A stretch of 56,142 bases of DNA, counting the filler, from Deltaproteobacteria bacterium (GTDB lineage: Bacteria > Myxococcota > JACRCW01): NCBI GenBank assembly GCA_016218805.1. It is 4 parts of 3 records of this genome, joined end to end, with 100 filler letters (N's around TTAATTAATTAA, not from the genome) between each part and the next. Parts side by side here need not be neighbours in the genome. Positions count along the whole stretch, not along the records: positions 12,181 to 37,094 come from JACRCW010000038.1; 3 more parts are not named here. One strand, written 5' to 3'. The translations under genes and the position numbers were made by a program. The notes below the pieces were generated by a model. It was not told where the DNA came from, ran no database searches, and saw only the letters and a list, made by a program, of their open reading frames with translations. Positions 18,742 through 29,088 of the stretch are shown piece by piece (position 1 is the stretch's first letter; every line of letters starts with the position of its first letter).

Positions 18742-21111
18742 ATGGGCCCAACGGGTTTCCTCGGCGTGCTCTTGCTGGTGGTGGCGCAACGGGAGTTGGA
18801 GCCCCGCACGCCCGGCGTGGGTGAGCGCTGGCATGACCGTGCGCGGCGCGAGAGCCGCGAAAGCCTGTCATCCCTCCCGGCGGACTACCGCAGCGCGCTG
18901 GGGGATGGGATGGACGGTGTGACCACCCGGTGGACGGACGGGCTGCGCGCGGGTGAGACGCGGCTGGTCCCTGGGATGCCCGCGGTGCGGGAGCAGTCCG
19001 GTTCAGCGTGGGCGCGCGGGGTGGCGGATGCGCGCCGCGCGGTGGTGGATGCGCCGGCGCACGCGCGGGCGGCGGCGGGGGCGCTGGCGGCCGGGCACCG
19101 GGAGGCCAGCGGGCACCTGGGCGCTGAGGGGACCGCCGCGCTGGACGCGGCCGCGGCGGGACAGGCCATGGTGCAGCGCGCAACGGACGACACGGGCGAT
19201 GGGTTCCGCGGGATGGACGCCGAGACGCAGCGTGACCGCGCCGAGGCCACCGCGTCCTGGGCGGACAACACGGACCAGGCATGGACCGGGGCGCGGGAGG
19301 ACGCGGCGACGGAGCGGGCGGACGCCGCCATGGCGCTGGCGGGGCACCGCGTGGAGGCAGGTGAGCGGTGGGAGGCGCGCAAGGCGGCGCTGCTGGCGTC
19401 ACAGGGGGGGGCGCGGACCCGGGCGCACCAGGCGCCCGCGCAGACGTGGGACACCTCCGTGGCGCACCTGCGTGCGCGGGATGCCGTGGCGTCGGAGCGG
19501 ATTGGCGCGGCGGTGCTGGGGCTGACGCAGGCGCCGGGACAGCGCTGGGCTGAAGCCCGCGCCACCACGGCGGCGGGACGCGCCCGCAACGACCTTGCGT
19601 ACGACGGGACCCGCGACCGCCTGCACGAGAACTCGCGCCGCCGCTGGCAGGAGTTTGATGATGCGTCCGACGTCACGGCACAGCGGACGGTGGAGCGCGC
19701 GCCGGGCGCGGTGGGCGCGGTGGCGCATTCAGCCGGTGTGGACGCGCGCGGCCTGTGGCACCTGGGCTACGTCGAATACCTGCAGGGCGGCATGGCCTCT
19801 GCCGCGGACAACGGGTTCGCCGGTGACGCCGAGGGGTTCGCCCTGGCGGGCTGGTACTCCAGCACGTCCGTGGTCCAGGCGGCGGGGATCATCCTGTTGC
19901 TTGAACCGCTGGCCGCGGTGGCGCACGCCGCCGCGGGCGCAACCCTCTTCACCGGCCTGGCCGGCGGCGGCGCGGGCGCGCTGGCGGCCATCCAGGGCGT
20001 GCGGGTGGGCTGGCTGGTGCTGTCCACGCTGGTTGGCGGCGCGCTGCTGGGAATGCTGCGGGTGGGCCACGCGGTGGACAGCGGTCTTTCCATCGTGGCG
20101 GGGTTCACCACGGCGCTTTTCACCGGGGCCGCGTGGTTGGCCGCCACCGGCGCCGCGGTGACGTGGAGCGCGCTGGTTGCGGCGGTCACCGCCGCCGCGG
20201 GTCTGGCGTCCACCGCGCTCGTTGCCGGGGGCGTGTGGGCGTACGTGGCGTGGACGCACAGCGCGGCGTGGGCGCTGGGCGGCGCGGCGCACGCGGGCTG
20301 GGTGATGGGGCGCGGGCTGTGGTTGCTGGCGAGTTCGGCTGTGCGGGTGAGCTGGCCCTGGGTGCGCGGTGCGGGCGCGGCGGTGGCGGAGACGGCGTGG
20401 TTGCTGGGGGTGGTGGGCATCCTGGAGGTGTTGCGCGGCGTGCACCGGGTGCACGGCGTGGCGGCGCTGGTGGGCCAGGCCGCCCTGGTGATGGCGGTGG
20501 CCGCCGGCGCCGCGGGCTGGCACGCGCTCGTGGCCGGACCGGTTGGCGCATGGGCGCTGGTGACGTTGGGTTGGGGCCGCGCCGCGCACGCGCTGGGGGA
20601 GGCGCCCGGTGCGGCGCTGTTCCACGGCGCGCGTGGCGCCGGCGGGCTGGCGCTGGGAACGGGTTTCCACGCCGCGCTGGCCACCGGGGGAGCGGCGTGG
20701 GTGGTGGCCAGCACCACAACGGCCGCAGGCGCGCGGGCCGTCGGCGAAGGCACCCGGCACACCGTCGCGGGAACGGCAGGCGCGGTGGAACGGCTGGTGG
20801 CGGACCTCCGCTTTGACCTGCATGAGGACTGGGCCAACTTCCGCCGCCCGCACCTGGACGCGCTGCTGCAGGCCCAGCCTGACGCCGTGCGCGCCGAAGT
20901 GGGCACCACCGTCCGCTACGTGCGCGTGCGGATGTCCGGCAGCGACCGCGGCAAGGTGCTGTTCTTCACCGTCGACAAGGACGGCTCCACCCGGAAGTTC
21001 TACCGGCTGGTCGATTCGGAATGCCGGGTCCGCTACGCCGCCGCCGGTGGCGGCACCACGCTTCAGACCGGCCAGTCCGACGCGGACTGCCTGGACGGGA
21101 GAATGCCGTGA
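18742..21111 (+). CDS. Large hypothetical Ala/Gly-rich membrane protein (paralog A)
   Basis: GGAGG RBS, signal peptide, amphipathic helical region, long hydrophobic region, small C-terminal domain. Confidence 0.75.
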   Translation: MGPTGFLGVLLLVVAQRELEPRTPGVGERWHDRARRESRESLSSLPADYRSALGDGMDGVTTRWTDGLRAGETRLVPGMPAVREQSGSAWARGVADARRAVVDAPAHARAAAGALAAGHREASGHLGAEGTAALDAAAAGQAMVQRATDDTGDGFRGMDAETQRDRAEATASWADNTDQAWTGAREDAATERADAAMALAGHRVEAGERWEARKAALLASQGGARTRAHQAPAQTWDTSVAHLRARDAVASERIGAAVLGLTQAPGQRWAEARATTAAGRARNDLAYDGTRDRLHENSRRRWQEFDDASDVTAQRTVERAPGAVGAVAHSAGVDARGLWHLGYVEYLQGGMASAADNGFAGDAEGFALAGWYSSTSVVQAAGIILLLEPLAAVAHAAAGATLFTGLAGGGAGALAAIQGVRVGWLVLSTLVGGALLGMLRVGHAVDSGLSIVAGFTTALFTGAAWLAATGAAVTWSALVAAVTAAAGLASTALVAGGVWAYVAWTHSAAWALGGAAHAGWVMGRGLWLLASSAVRVSWPWVRGAGAAVAETAWLLGVVGILEVLRGVHRVHGVAALVGQAALVMAVAAGAAGWHALVAGPVGAWALVTLGWGRAAHALGEAPGAALFHGARGAGGLALGTGFHAALATGGAAWVVASTTTAAGARAVGEGTRHTVAGTAGAVERLVADLRFDLHEDWANFRRPHLDALLQAQPDAVRAEVGTTVRYVRVRMSGSDRGKVLFFTVDKDGSTRKFYRLVDSECRVRYAAAGGGTTLQTGQSDADCLDGRMP

Positions 21112-23321
21112 CCGCGTTTGCCCCCCTGCTGTACAGCCTGCTGGCGGCCGCCGCCGCTGAGGACGTCCCGCTGGAACAGGACACGCCGGGCGCCTGGGAG
21201 CCCACGGCGTGGCGGTTGCTGCGTGAGAACCGTGAGTCCACCCAGGCCCACGCGCGCGCCACGCGGGACCGGCCCGAGGACACCGTGCGCAAGACGCACG
21301 TGGACATCCTGGAGGGCGGCGGCAACGCCGGGCTGCGGGCGGCGTGGCGGTTGGCGGGCGAGAACGCCGGCACGGCAGCCGCCGAGGGCCGGGCGTCCGT
21401 CACCGACCTGCCCGCCATCTCCGGGCGCATTGGGGAGGACCGCGCGGCCACCTCCGTGCGCGTGGCGCGTGAGTTCCCGGCGGCGTGGCGGCAGGCGCGC
21501 GCACGCTGGGCGGCCGCGCACGCGGTCAACCAGCTGGACCTTTCCGTCCTGCGGGCTGACCTGGCGGACCTGAGCCTGCGCGCGGACGGGGCGGTGGTCG
21601 CCGTGCTGCTGTGGGCGGCTGGCGTTGTGGAGGACCTGAGCCGTGACGTCGCCGGCGCCGAGTCCGGCATCCACGGGTGGACCGTCCACCAGACGCGTGA
21701 CGCGTGGGACGGGATGTCCCGGCGCGCGCCCCGGCTGTTTGCCGCGGGCGTGCACGGCAGCGCGGACATCCTGCGCGCGCTGGGTCCGGCCGCGCGTGAC
21801 CAGGTGCTCTCCGGCGGCGCGGACGCGCGGCGCGCCTGGGCACTCACCACTGAAGGCACCGGCGCCACGGCCACCGCCGTGCTGCCGGAGACGCGGCGCG
21901 CGTGGCGCAACACCAGCCGCCGGTCGCGCGCGCTGGCGGGCTGGCTGCTGGCGCACCCGGTGGAACCCGCGGCGCGCATTCCCGGCATGGTCACCGCGTT
22001 CCACGCCTGGAGTGTGCGTGAAGGCTGGGAGCGTGGGCTGAAGGCCGGCTTCCACAGCGCCAGCGAAGCCTGGGAGGCCGGCGACACCGGCATGGCAGTG
22101 GCCTGGAGCGCAGGGGCGCTGGGCCGCGGCGCGGGGCACGTGGCGCTGGAGGTGGCCATGCTGCCACCGCTGGTGCTGGGGACCGCCGCCGCCACGCTGT
22201 TCCTCGCCACCGGGGGGTGGACCACCGTGGCCATGATGGGCCTGGGCGGCGTGGTGCTTGCCGGGGCCGCGCTGGGCGCGGGCACACTGGCAACGGCCAC
22301 GCTGGCGTCCGCCGGGACCGCGCTCACAGGGCTCGCCGCGGGGCTCGGCGTGGCGCGCGGCGGGCTGCTGCTCGCCGGAGGCACGGCCGCCGCCGCGTCC
22401 ACGCTCGCGTTTGTCAGCCTGGGCTCCGCCGGTGCGGGCGCGGTGCACTCCGCCCGGCTGGTGCTGGTGCCCGCCGCGGGGTTCACGTCCGCCGCCGCCG
22501 TGCGCGGCTTCCAGGCCGCCGCCAGCGCGGCCACGTGGTCCGGTGCTGCGGTGGCGGTGACCGCCATCCGCGGCGGCCAGGGCGCGTACTACGTCCTCCG
22601 CCCGTTCCCCGCCGTCGTGGCGGCGGGGGCCCGCGCCGGTGCCGCGGGACTCGCCGGTGCCACAGACGTCGCCGTGGGCGCGCCGCTGGGGATTGCCGTG
22701 GACGCCGCCGGGCACGCGCTGCGCACCACCGGCGCGCTGGTGGAGCACCCCGCCCGGTCCGCCGCCCACGCGGCCCTGGCGGCGGCCCACGCCACCCGCG
22801 GCACCGCGCGGGCAGGATTCCTCGGTGGCCGGGGGCTGGCCATCGCCGCGGTGGAAGGGTCGGTGGAGGCGTTGGCCACGGGGGCATTTGCAGTGGCGGC
22901 GGCGGGGGCGGGGGCCGGCGTGGGTGGGACGTGGCTGGTGCGCGCGCTCAACATCCCGCTGCACCGGGCCTGGGCCGAATCCCGCCGTGACGAGACGCAG
23001 ACCGTCCTGGCGGCGCTGCAAGAGCAGGGTGTGGCGGAGGATGGGAAGCTTGCGGTGATGCGCGTGCACTGGTGGGGAGCTGATTCCGGGCGCGTGCGGT
23101 TCTTTGTGACGCGCGGCGGCACCGGAGCCGAGCGCTGGTACTTTGAGCGCGGCGTGGACCCGCACAGCTGCGAGGTCACCTACCGCGGCACCCAACGCGA
23201 CCCCGCGCGCCGGCTGTTGGGCACGCCCGCCGACTGGACCGCGCCCCTGCATACCGGCCTGTACGAGCGCACCTGCGTGGAGCGCCGCGCCGGGGCCACC
23301 CAGGTCGCGCTGTCGCGTTGA
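21108..23321 (+). CDS. Large hypothetical Ala/Gly-rich membrane protein (paralog B)
   Basis: GTGA overlap; shares N-terminal LE..TPG..E....R..RE.RES and C-terminal RV...G.D.G.V.FF motifs with paralog A. Confidence 0.75.
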   Translation: MTAFAPLLYSLLAAAAAEDVPLEQDTPGAWEPTAWRLLRENRESTQAHARATRDRPEDTVRKTHVDILEGGGNAGLRAAWRLAGENAGTAAAEGRASVTDLPAISGRIGEDRAATSVRVAREFPAAWRQARARWAAAHAVNQLDLSVLRADLADLSLRADGAVVAVLLWAAGVVEDLSRDVAGAESGIHGWTVHQTRDAWDGMSRRAPRLFAAGVHGSADILRALGPAARDQVLSGGADARRAWALTTEGTGATATAVLPETRRAWRNTSRRSRALAGWLLAHPVEPAARIPGMVTAFHAWSVREGWERGLKAGFHSASEAWEAGDTGMAVAWSAGALGRGAGHVALEVAMLPPLVLGTAAATLFLATGGWTTVAMMGLGGVVLAGAALGAGTLATATLASAGTALTGLAAGLGVARGGLLLAGGTAAAASTLAFVSLGSAGAGAVHSARLVLVPAAGFTSAAAVRGFQAAASAATWSGAAVAVTAIRGGQGAYYVLRPFPAVVAAGARAGAAGLAGATDVAVGAPLGIAVDAAGHALRTTGALVEHPARSAAHAALAAAHATRGTARAGFLGGRGLAIAAVEGSVEALATGAFAVAAAGAGAGVGGTWLVRALNIPLHRAWAESRRDETQTVLAALQEQGVAEDGKLAVMRVHWWGADSGRVRFFVTRGGTGAERWYFERGVDPHSCEVTYRGTQRDPARRLLGTPADWTAPLHTGLYERTCVERRAGATQVALSR

Positions 23322-23442
23322 CGCGGGGAACACCAGCCCACCCCGGCGGATGGGGCCGGTTGTGGCTGCGGTGCGTTGCGGGGCGCGGGGAATCATCACC
23401 CGCAGGGGCTTTGGGGGCCGAGACGCACCCGGCCACAGCGGC

Positions 23443-24693
23443 TCAGGCTTCGGCCGCCGAGGCCTTGCGGGGCGCGGACTTCTTGGCGGGCTTGACCGGG
23501 GTGCCGCCGTTGCCGTTGACGCGGGGGGCGCCGCGCTTGGCGTGGTCCTTGAGTTCCTCCACCTTGTCGGTGCGCTCCCAGGTGAAGCTCTTTTCGTGCC
23601 GGCCAAAGTGCCCGTAGGCCGCCGTGGCCTCGTAGATGGGCCGCAGCAGGTCCAGGTACTGGATGATGCCGCGCGGCGTGAGCGGGAAGACGTCCTGGAC
23701 AATCTGCGCCAGCTTCTCGTCACCCACCGTGCCTGTGCCAAAGGTGTCCACCATGACGCTGACCGGGTTGGCCACACCAATGGCGTAGGCAAACTGCACC
23801 TCCGCGCGGCGCGCCAGCCCGGAAGCCACCAGGTTCTTGGCCACGTGGCGCGCCATGTACGCGGCCGAGCGGTCCACCTTGGTGGGGTCCTTGCCGGAGA
23901 ACGCGCCACCGCCGTGCCGGCCCATGCCGCCGTAGGTGTCCACAATGATCTTGCGGCCGGTCAGACCGCTGTCGCCCTGGGGGCCGCCAATGACGAACCG
24001 CCCGGTGGGGTTGATGAACAGCTTGGTGTTCTTGTCCAGCAGGTGCTTGGGGACCACGTGGCGGATGACCGCCTCCTCAATCTCCTTGTGCAGCTGCTTG
24101 TTCTTCACGTCCGGCGCGTGCTGCGAAGACACCACAATTGTGTCCACGCGCTTGGGCTTGCCCTTCTCATACTGGATGGTGACCTGCGACTTCCCGTCGG
24201 GGCGCAGGTAGGGCAGCTCGCCGGACTTGCGGGTCTCTGACAGGCGGCGCGCCAGCTTGTGCGCCAGGCTGATGGGCATGGGCATCAGCTCCGGCGTCTC
24301 ATCCACGGCAAACCCAAACATCATGCCCTGGTCACCGGCACCCTGCTCGTGGCTCTTGGTCTCGTCCACGCCCATGGCAATGTCCGGGGACTGCTTCTCA
24401 ATGGCGGTGAGCACGCCGCAGGTCTCCCAGTCAAAACCCATGGACGACTGGTTGTACCCGATCTTCTTGATGGTCTTGCGGACGATGGCGCCCATGTCCA
24501 CGTAGCAGGACGTTGTGATCTCACCCGCGATCACGACGAAGCCGGTCTTGGTCAGCGTCTCGCATGCCACGCGCGCGTGCGGGTCCTCGCCAATGATGGC
24601 GTCCAGCACGCCGTCGGAGATCTGGTCGCAGATCTTGTCCGGATGACCCTCGGTGACGGATTCGGAAGTGAACAGGTAGTCGCGCTCGATCAC
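23443..24693 (-). CDS. metK: S-adenosylmethionine synthase
   Basis: [37 protein letters not shown]. Confidence 0.98.
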   Translation of the reverse strand: MIERDYLFTSESVTEGHPDKICDQISDGVLDAIIGEDPHARVACETLTKTGFVVIAGEITTSCYVDMGAIVRKTIKKIGYNQSSMGFDWETCGVLTAIEKQSPDIAMGVDETKSHEQGAGDQGMMFGFAVDETPELMPMPISLAHKLARRLSETRKSGELPYLRPDGKSQVTIQYEKGKPKRVDTIVVSSQHAPDVKNKQLHKEIEEAVIRHVVPKHLLDKNTKLFINPTGRFVIGGPQGDSGLTGRKIIVDTYGGMGRHGGGAFSGKDPTKVDRSAAYMARHVAKNLVASGLARRAEVQFAYAIGVANPVSVMVDTFGTGTVGDEKLAQIVQDVFPLTPRGIIQYLDLLRPIYEATAAYGHFGRHEKSFTWERTDKVEELKDHAKRGAPRVNGNGGTPVKPAKKSAPRKASAAEA

Positions 24694-25121
24694 GGGTACT
24701 CCCCTTTGGGGATGGGCCCGCCGGGACGGGCTACAGCGGCTGGTGAAGACCGGCACGGCTCCCGGGGAGGCGCCGGAACAAGGGCCGGGCTGCGTAGCGA
24801 CGGCCTCCGCGTGTGTCAACCGCGACAGGCAGGGGCGTCTGGGCGCCTCGTTCGCGGGGACACGGACGCCCACGACGAGCGGCCGGCCGGAGGACGACGT
24901 CAACCCCAGCTCCCGCCGGAAACTCATGGGGTGCTGCTCCGGCCGACGACGCGCTCCTCCCCAGCCCCACCCGACCCATGCCGCGGGGCGACCGATTCCC
25001 CCGGTTGGCCTGCACCTGGAGCGGCCCCCATGCCGGACCTACAGTCCCAGCGGCGGAAGGGGCGCTCCAGCCAGGAAGTTGGGACGCCCGTGCTCCGTCC
25101 GGCGCCATGCGCCTTCCGTGG

Positions 25122-25144
25122 GCTCCGCGCGGAGCTTTTTTTTT
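25122..25144 (+). terminator. Intrinsic terminator-like hairpin
   Basis: GCTCC-GCGC-GGAGC followed by T9. Confidence 0.65.
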
Positions 25145-25211
25145 GCCGCGCCGACCCTCCGGCAGTAGCGTGGTCGTCGCAGCAAACACCCCAACAACCT
25201 GGAGTCATCCC

Positions 25212-25556
25212 ATGCGTGAACGCCTCGCGTGCCGTGTCGTCGTCTGCCTTGTGCTTGCCGCCAGCGCCGGCTTTGCCGCCGGGCGGGGCGGACGTGGCGC
25301 CCGCGGCGCACCGCTCCCCGCGGCGCAGGCGCGCTGGTCCCACGCGCCCTTTGAATCCGGCGAATGTGGCACCTGCCACCAGCGCAACGACGCCCACAAC
25401 CCCGGCGCGCTGCTCAAGAGCGCCGACGCGCTGTGCTTTGACTGTCACGACGACATTTCGGCGCGCGCCAGCGCGTTCACGCACCCCGCCGAGCGCGAGG
25501 CCTGCACCGGCTGCCACAGCCCCCACAACGCCACGCGCCAGGCCCTCCTCTACTGA
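25212..25556 (+). CDS. Small triheme cytochrome c (doubled-CXXCH/cytochrome c3-like)
   Basis: Signal peptide; CGTCH, CFDCH, CTGCH; H.P and HSPH axial-His motifs. Confidence 0.85.
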   Translation: MRERLACRVVVCLVLAASAGFAAGRGGRGARGAPLPAAQARWSHAPFESGECGTCHQRNDAHNPGALLKSADALCFDCHDDISARASAFTHPAEREACTGCHSPHNATRQALLY

Positions 25557-26725
25557 GCGGGCGGCGCCTGGGGCGCGTCGTCCAGGTCCACCACGCTCTC
25601 CGGGCGGCCACCCACCAGCCGCCCGGGCAGCCAGCGCGCGTACCAGGGTACGTCCTCCCAGGCGGCGTACAGGCCGGGTGGTGCGGACTCCATTTCGGGC
25701 GGCCGGACGCGCCCCATGGCGGCCAGCACCACGGACTGCGTGAAGGGCACCACCACCAGCAGGCACGCCAGCCCGGACCACCCGCCGCACATGGCACCAA
25801 TGGCCGCCAGGTTCAGCTCCCGGTAGGCCTGGAACGGGAGGAACAGCAGCAGCAGGTTCTCCATGTTCTTGCGCTGCGGGTTGTAATTCCACAGCGGCGC
25901 CCCCACCAGCCACGCGGTCAGCGCGCCCATCCCGCTCATGAACACCGTCCCCCCACCCATCACCACCAGCAGCACCGTCCCAACCACCGCGGCCCAGCGG
26001 TACCCGGCCTGCCGCCGGCCCATGAGGTCCCCCAGCCAGGCCTGCCACGCGCTGATCAACGTGGGCCCCGCGCAGCACCCCGCCGTGGCCAGGCAGCTGC
26101 AGCACAACGCGGCAATGGGACAGGGGAACATGGTCAGCGGTGCCAGCATGCTGGAGACCAGCGCGTACTGCATGACGGTGCCGGACCCGGTGCTCAGCCC
26201 GATGAGCAGCGGACGCGGCAGGGGCTTCACGCGCGGCTCCGGCGGGACGTAGGCGGGGTACATGCGCTTGAGCATGGCGGGCACCGCGTCCAGCATGGCC
26301 GCGCGGTTGGTACCCTTGAGTCGCTCGGATTCGCCTCCCAGGGCGCGCGCCTGGTTGGGCGCGATGCGCGTGAGCGTCATGATCAGGTCCAGTTCACCCA
26401 GCCGCCCCACGGTGCCGTAGAGCACTTCGTCCGCCTGCAGAGCGCCCGCCACCTCCGCCAGGCACGAGGTGGCCTCACACCCGGCCAGCTGCTGTTTCAT
26501 CTCCAATGACAGCATCTGCTCCAGGTCCGCCTGCGCCATCACGTCGTGGCCGGGGATGCGCCGCGCTTCGGCGGTCAACAGGTCATTGAGGACGGTCACC
26601 TCATGCTCCGGGATGCCGTCACGGACCTGCAGCGGGAGGACCAGCAGCTTGCGCGGCCGTTCCGCGGGCGGCGGGGACGGTGCGTCAGCGGCGGCCAGCA
26701 GCAGGGCAAGGGCGAAGGGGGCCAT
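25550..26725 (-). CDS. Hypothetical protein: N-terminal CsgG/DUF2380-like alpha/beta domain plus C-terminal TM region
   Basis: Signal peptide; LLVLPL...GCEATSCLAEVAGAL.AD.V.YG.VGRLG; several TM helices. Confidence 0.65.
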   Translation of the reverse strand: MAPFALALLLAAADAPSPPPAERPRKLLVLPLQVRDGIPEHEVTVLNDLLTAEARRIPGHDVMAQADLEQMLSLEMKQQLAGCEATSCLAEVAGALQADEVLYGTVGRLGELDLIMTLTRIAPNQARALGGESERLKGTNRAAMLDAVPAMLKRMYPAYVPPEPRVKPLPRPLLIGLSTGSGTVMQYALVSSMLAPLTMFPCPIAALCCSCLATAGCCAGPTLISAWQAWLGDLMGRRQAGYRWAAVVGTVLLVVMGGGTVFMSGMGALTAWLVGAPLWNYNPQRKNMENLLLLFLPFQAYRELNLAAIGAMCGGWSGLACLLVVVPFTQSVVLAAMGRVRPPEMESAPPGLYAAWEDVPWYARWLPGRLVGGRPESVVDLDDAPQAPPAQ

Positions 26726-26782
26726 GAGGACCGCCCGCCAGCATGCCGCAGGTTCCACCCCGGGCGCGAGCGGCGGCCGGGC

Positions 26783-28978
26783 TCACGGGCGGACGGTGAA
26801 CACGCGCCGGTCCCGGCCGGAGGGCCCCACGGCCTCCAGCACGTGCGCGCCCTCGGTCGCCCGCCACAACGAGCGCGCGTGGCCGCGACCGCGCGCCACT
26901 TCGCGGCCGTCCAGGACCAGGCGGACCTCCTCGTCAGCGGGCGCCGCCGCCAGCAGCACCGTCCCGGACTGCGGCGTCCCGTCCAGCGCCAGGTCCCCGC
27001 CGTCGGGGGGAAACAGGACCCGCACGCGGTCGCTGGTCAGCCGTACCGGGGTGGGTGCGGCCAGCGCCCAGGACGCCAGCTCAGCGGGAAGCGTGCGCGT
27101 GCCGCCGGGGCCGTGCCAGCTGCACACCGCGGCGGGCGCCGTGCCGGGGGCAAACCGCTCGCGCCGGGAGGATGGGCAGTGCGGTCCGGCGCGCGCGCCG
27201 CTGAGCGTGCACACCGCGGCGTGGTCCAGCGCCACGGCCGGCTCCAACGGCGGCGGGTCCGCGTCGGCATGCACTGCGCGCATCAGGCGGTGCCACAGCC
27301 GGCCGGCGCCCGTGATGCCGGAGACGCCGGACATGGGGCGGCCGTGGAAGTCACCCGCCCAGGCCGCCACCACGTAGCGGCTGGAGTAGCCCACCGCCCA
27401 GTTGTCCCGGAAGTCCTTGCTGGTGCCCGTCTTCACCGCCGCGTCAAACGGCAGCTGCAGGGCGGAGTGCCGCCCGAACGCGCGCGAACGGGCGCCGTCA
27501 TCCCTGAGGATGTCCGTCACCAGCGCCGCGGTGGCGGGGGAGACCACGCGCTCCGCCGCGCCCGGCGTGGATTCCTGCACCAGGCGCAACGCCCCGGCGC
27601 GGCCGCCCCGCGCCAGCACCGCAAAGGCCCGGGCCACGTCCCACGGCGTCACGTCCATCCCGCCCAGCACCATCCCCAGCCCCAGGCCCTCCGGGCGGTC
27701 CGCCTGCACCGGGTGCAGACCAAAGGCCGCCAGCGCTTCGCGCAGCGCCGGCACGCCCAGCCGCGCGGCCAGGTCCACGGCGGCCAGGTTGTAGGAGTTA
27801 CCCAGCGCGTCCCGCAGCGTGACCGGCCCGTGCGCCCGCCCGTCAAAGTTGCGCGGCAGGAACGCGCCACCGGGATCCGGGAACGCCCGGTCCACGTCGT
27901 GAAGGACGGTGGCCGGCGTGAACCCCGCGCGGTCCATGGCCCACGCGTAGAACACCGGTTTGAGCACGCTGCCGGGACTGCGCGGCGAGGCCAGCGCATC
28001 CACCTGACCGGAGGCGGTCTCGTCAAAGAAGTCCGCGCTGCCCACGTACGCGCGTACGTCACCGCCGGGGAGCTCCGCCACCAGCGCCGCCGCCTGGGTC
28101 ACGCCGCGCGCGGACAACTCCCGCACCGTGCGCGCTACCAGCTGCTGCGCCCGGTCCTGCAACGCCGCGTCCAGCGTGGAGCGCACGTCCCCCGCGGGGG
28201 CCGCAGCCAGGATGCGCACCACCGCGTGCGGCGCCAGGAACGGCGGGGCCGCCGGGAGAATCCGCACCGGCTCGGCGCGCGCCGCGTCCGCCTCCGCGGC
28301 GGTGACCTCACCGCGCTGCACCAGCAGGGACAGCACCCGGTCGCGGCGGCGCAGCGCCTCGTCAAGGTGGCGCCGCGGATCGTAGCGGCGCGGTGCGCGC
28401 GGGATCACCGCCAGCAGGGCGGCCTCACCCAGGCTCAGCTGCGAGACGTCCTTGCCCAGGTACGCCGCTGCCGCGGCGGACGCCCCCACCAGGTCACCGC
28501 CGTAGGACGCGCGCGCCAGGTACTCGTCCAGGATTTCCGCCTTGGACAGGTGCGCCTCCAGCACCAGCGCCGTGAACGCCTGGCGCAGCTTGCGGGCCAC
28601 CGTGCGCGGCCCCGGTTCCAGCAGCCGCGCCAGCTGCTGCGTCAGCGTGGAGCCGCCAAACGCCCACCGGCCGCGCTGCGCATCCAGCCACACCGCGCGG
28701 ACCAGCGCCAGCCCGTCCAGGCCGCCGTGCTGGAAGAAGCGGTGGTCTTCGCCCGCCAACGTGGCGGCAACCAGGTGACGGTTGGCGCCGGCCCGCCCGC
28801 GGCCGCGCTGACCACCCGGCCCCGGCGTCTCATGCAGCACCGCCCCGTCACGCGCCAGCACGCGCGTGGACACAGGAAGCGCGCCCAGCGCGGCGGGTGG
28901 CGGCCAGCACCACGCCGCCGCGTGCACGGCAACCACCACGACGCAGACGCCCGGGAACAGGATCCGCCGCACGCGCAT
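26783..28978 (-). CDS. pbpC: Penicillin-binding protein 1C
   Basis: GT51 motifs EDHRFFQHGG, GGSTLTQQLAR, RKLRQ; transpeptidase SVLK, SYN, KTGT; PBP1C-type C-terminal domain. Confidence 0.85.
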   Translation of the reverse strand: MRVRRILFPGVCVVVVAVHAAAWCWPPPAALGALPVSTRVLARDGAVLHETPGPGGQRGRGRAGANRHLVAATLAGEDHRFFQHGGLDGLALVRAVWLDAQRGRWAFGGSTLTQQLARLLEPGPRTVARKLRQAFTALVLEAHLSKAEILDEYLARASYGGDLVGASAAAAAYLGKDVSQLSLGEAALLAVIPRAPRRYDPRRHLDEALRRRDRVLSLLVQRGEVTAAEADAARAEPVRILPAAPPFLAPHAVVRILAAAPAGDVRSTLDAALQDRAQQLVARTVRELSARGVTQAAALVAELPGGDVRAYVGSADFFDETASGQVDALASPRSPGSVLKPVFYAWAMDRAGFTPATVLHDVDRAFPDPGGAFLPRNFDGRAHGPVTLRDALGNSYNLAAVDLAARLGVPALREALAAFGLHPVQADRPEGLGLGMVLGGMDVTPWDVARAFAVLARGGRAGALRLVQESTPGAAERVVSPATAALVTDILRDDGARSRAFGRHSALQLPFDAAVKTGTSKDFRDNWAVGYSSRYVVAAWAGDFHGRPMSGVSGITGAGRLWHRLMRAVHADADPPPLEPAVALDHAAVCTLSGARAGPHCPSSRRERFAPGTAPAAVCSWHGPGGTRTLPAELASWALAAPTPVRLTSDRVRVLFPPDGGDLALDGTPQSGTVLLAAAPADEEVRLVLDGREVARGRGHARSLWRATEGAHVLEAVGPSGRDRRVFTVRP

Positions 28979-29088
28979 CCCTTCCCCATAGGCCGCGGCA
29001 CCACCCGGCGGAAGCACGCACGTCGGCGCGCGGTGATTGCACGCCGCCGGCAGCGCGGATAGCAACGCCACCTCCCGGGGAGGTTGCC

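Noticed and set aside
21063..23945. Long alternative-frame ORFs (e.g. 21063-23945 -, 26546-29062 +, 15128-17080 -, 41637-43115 +)
   Set aside because: Shadow ORFs of GC-rich genes: Arg/Pro/Ala-rich, without motifs, and overlapping better-supported CDSs.
24694..25120. SAM-I/SAH riboswitch upstream of metK or GEMM riboswitch upstream of the cytochrome
   Set aside because: Only fragments (GGGACTG, GGGACG) match; core consensus elements were not found, so no family is called.
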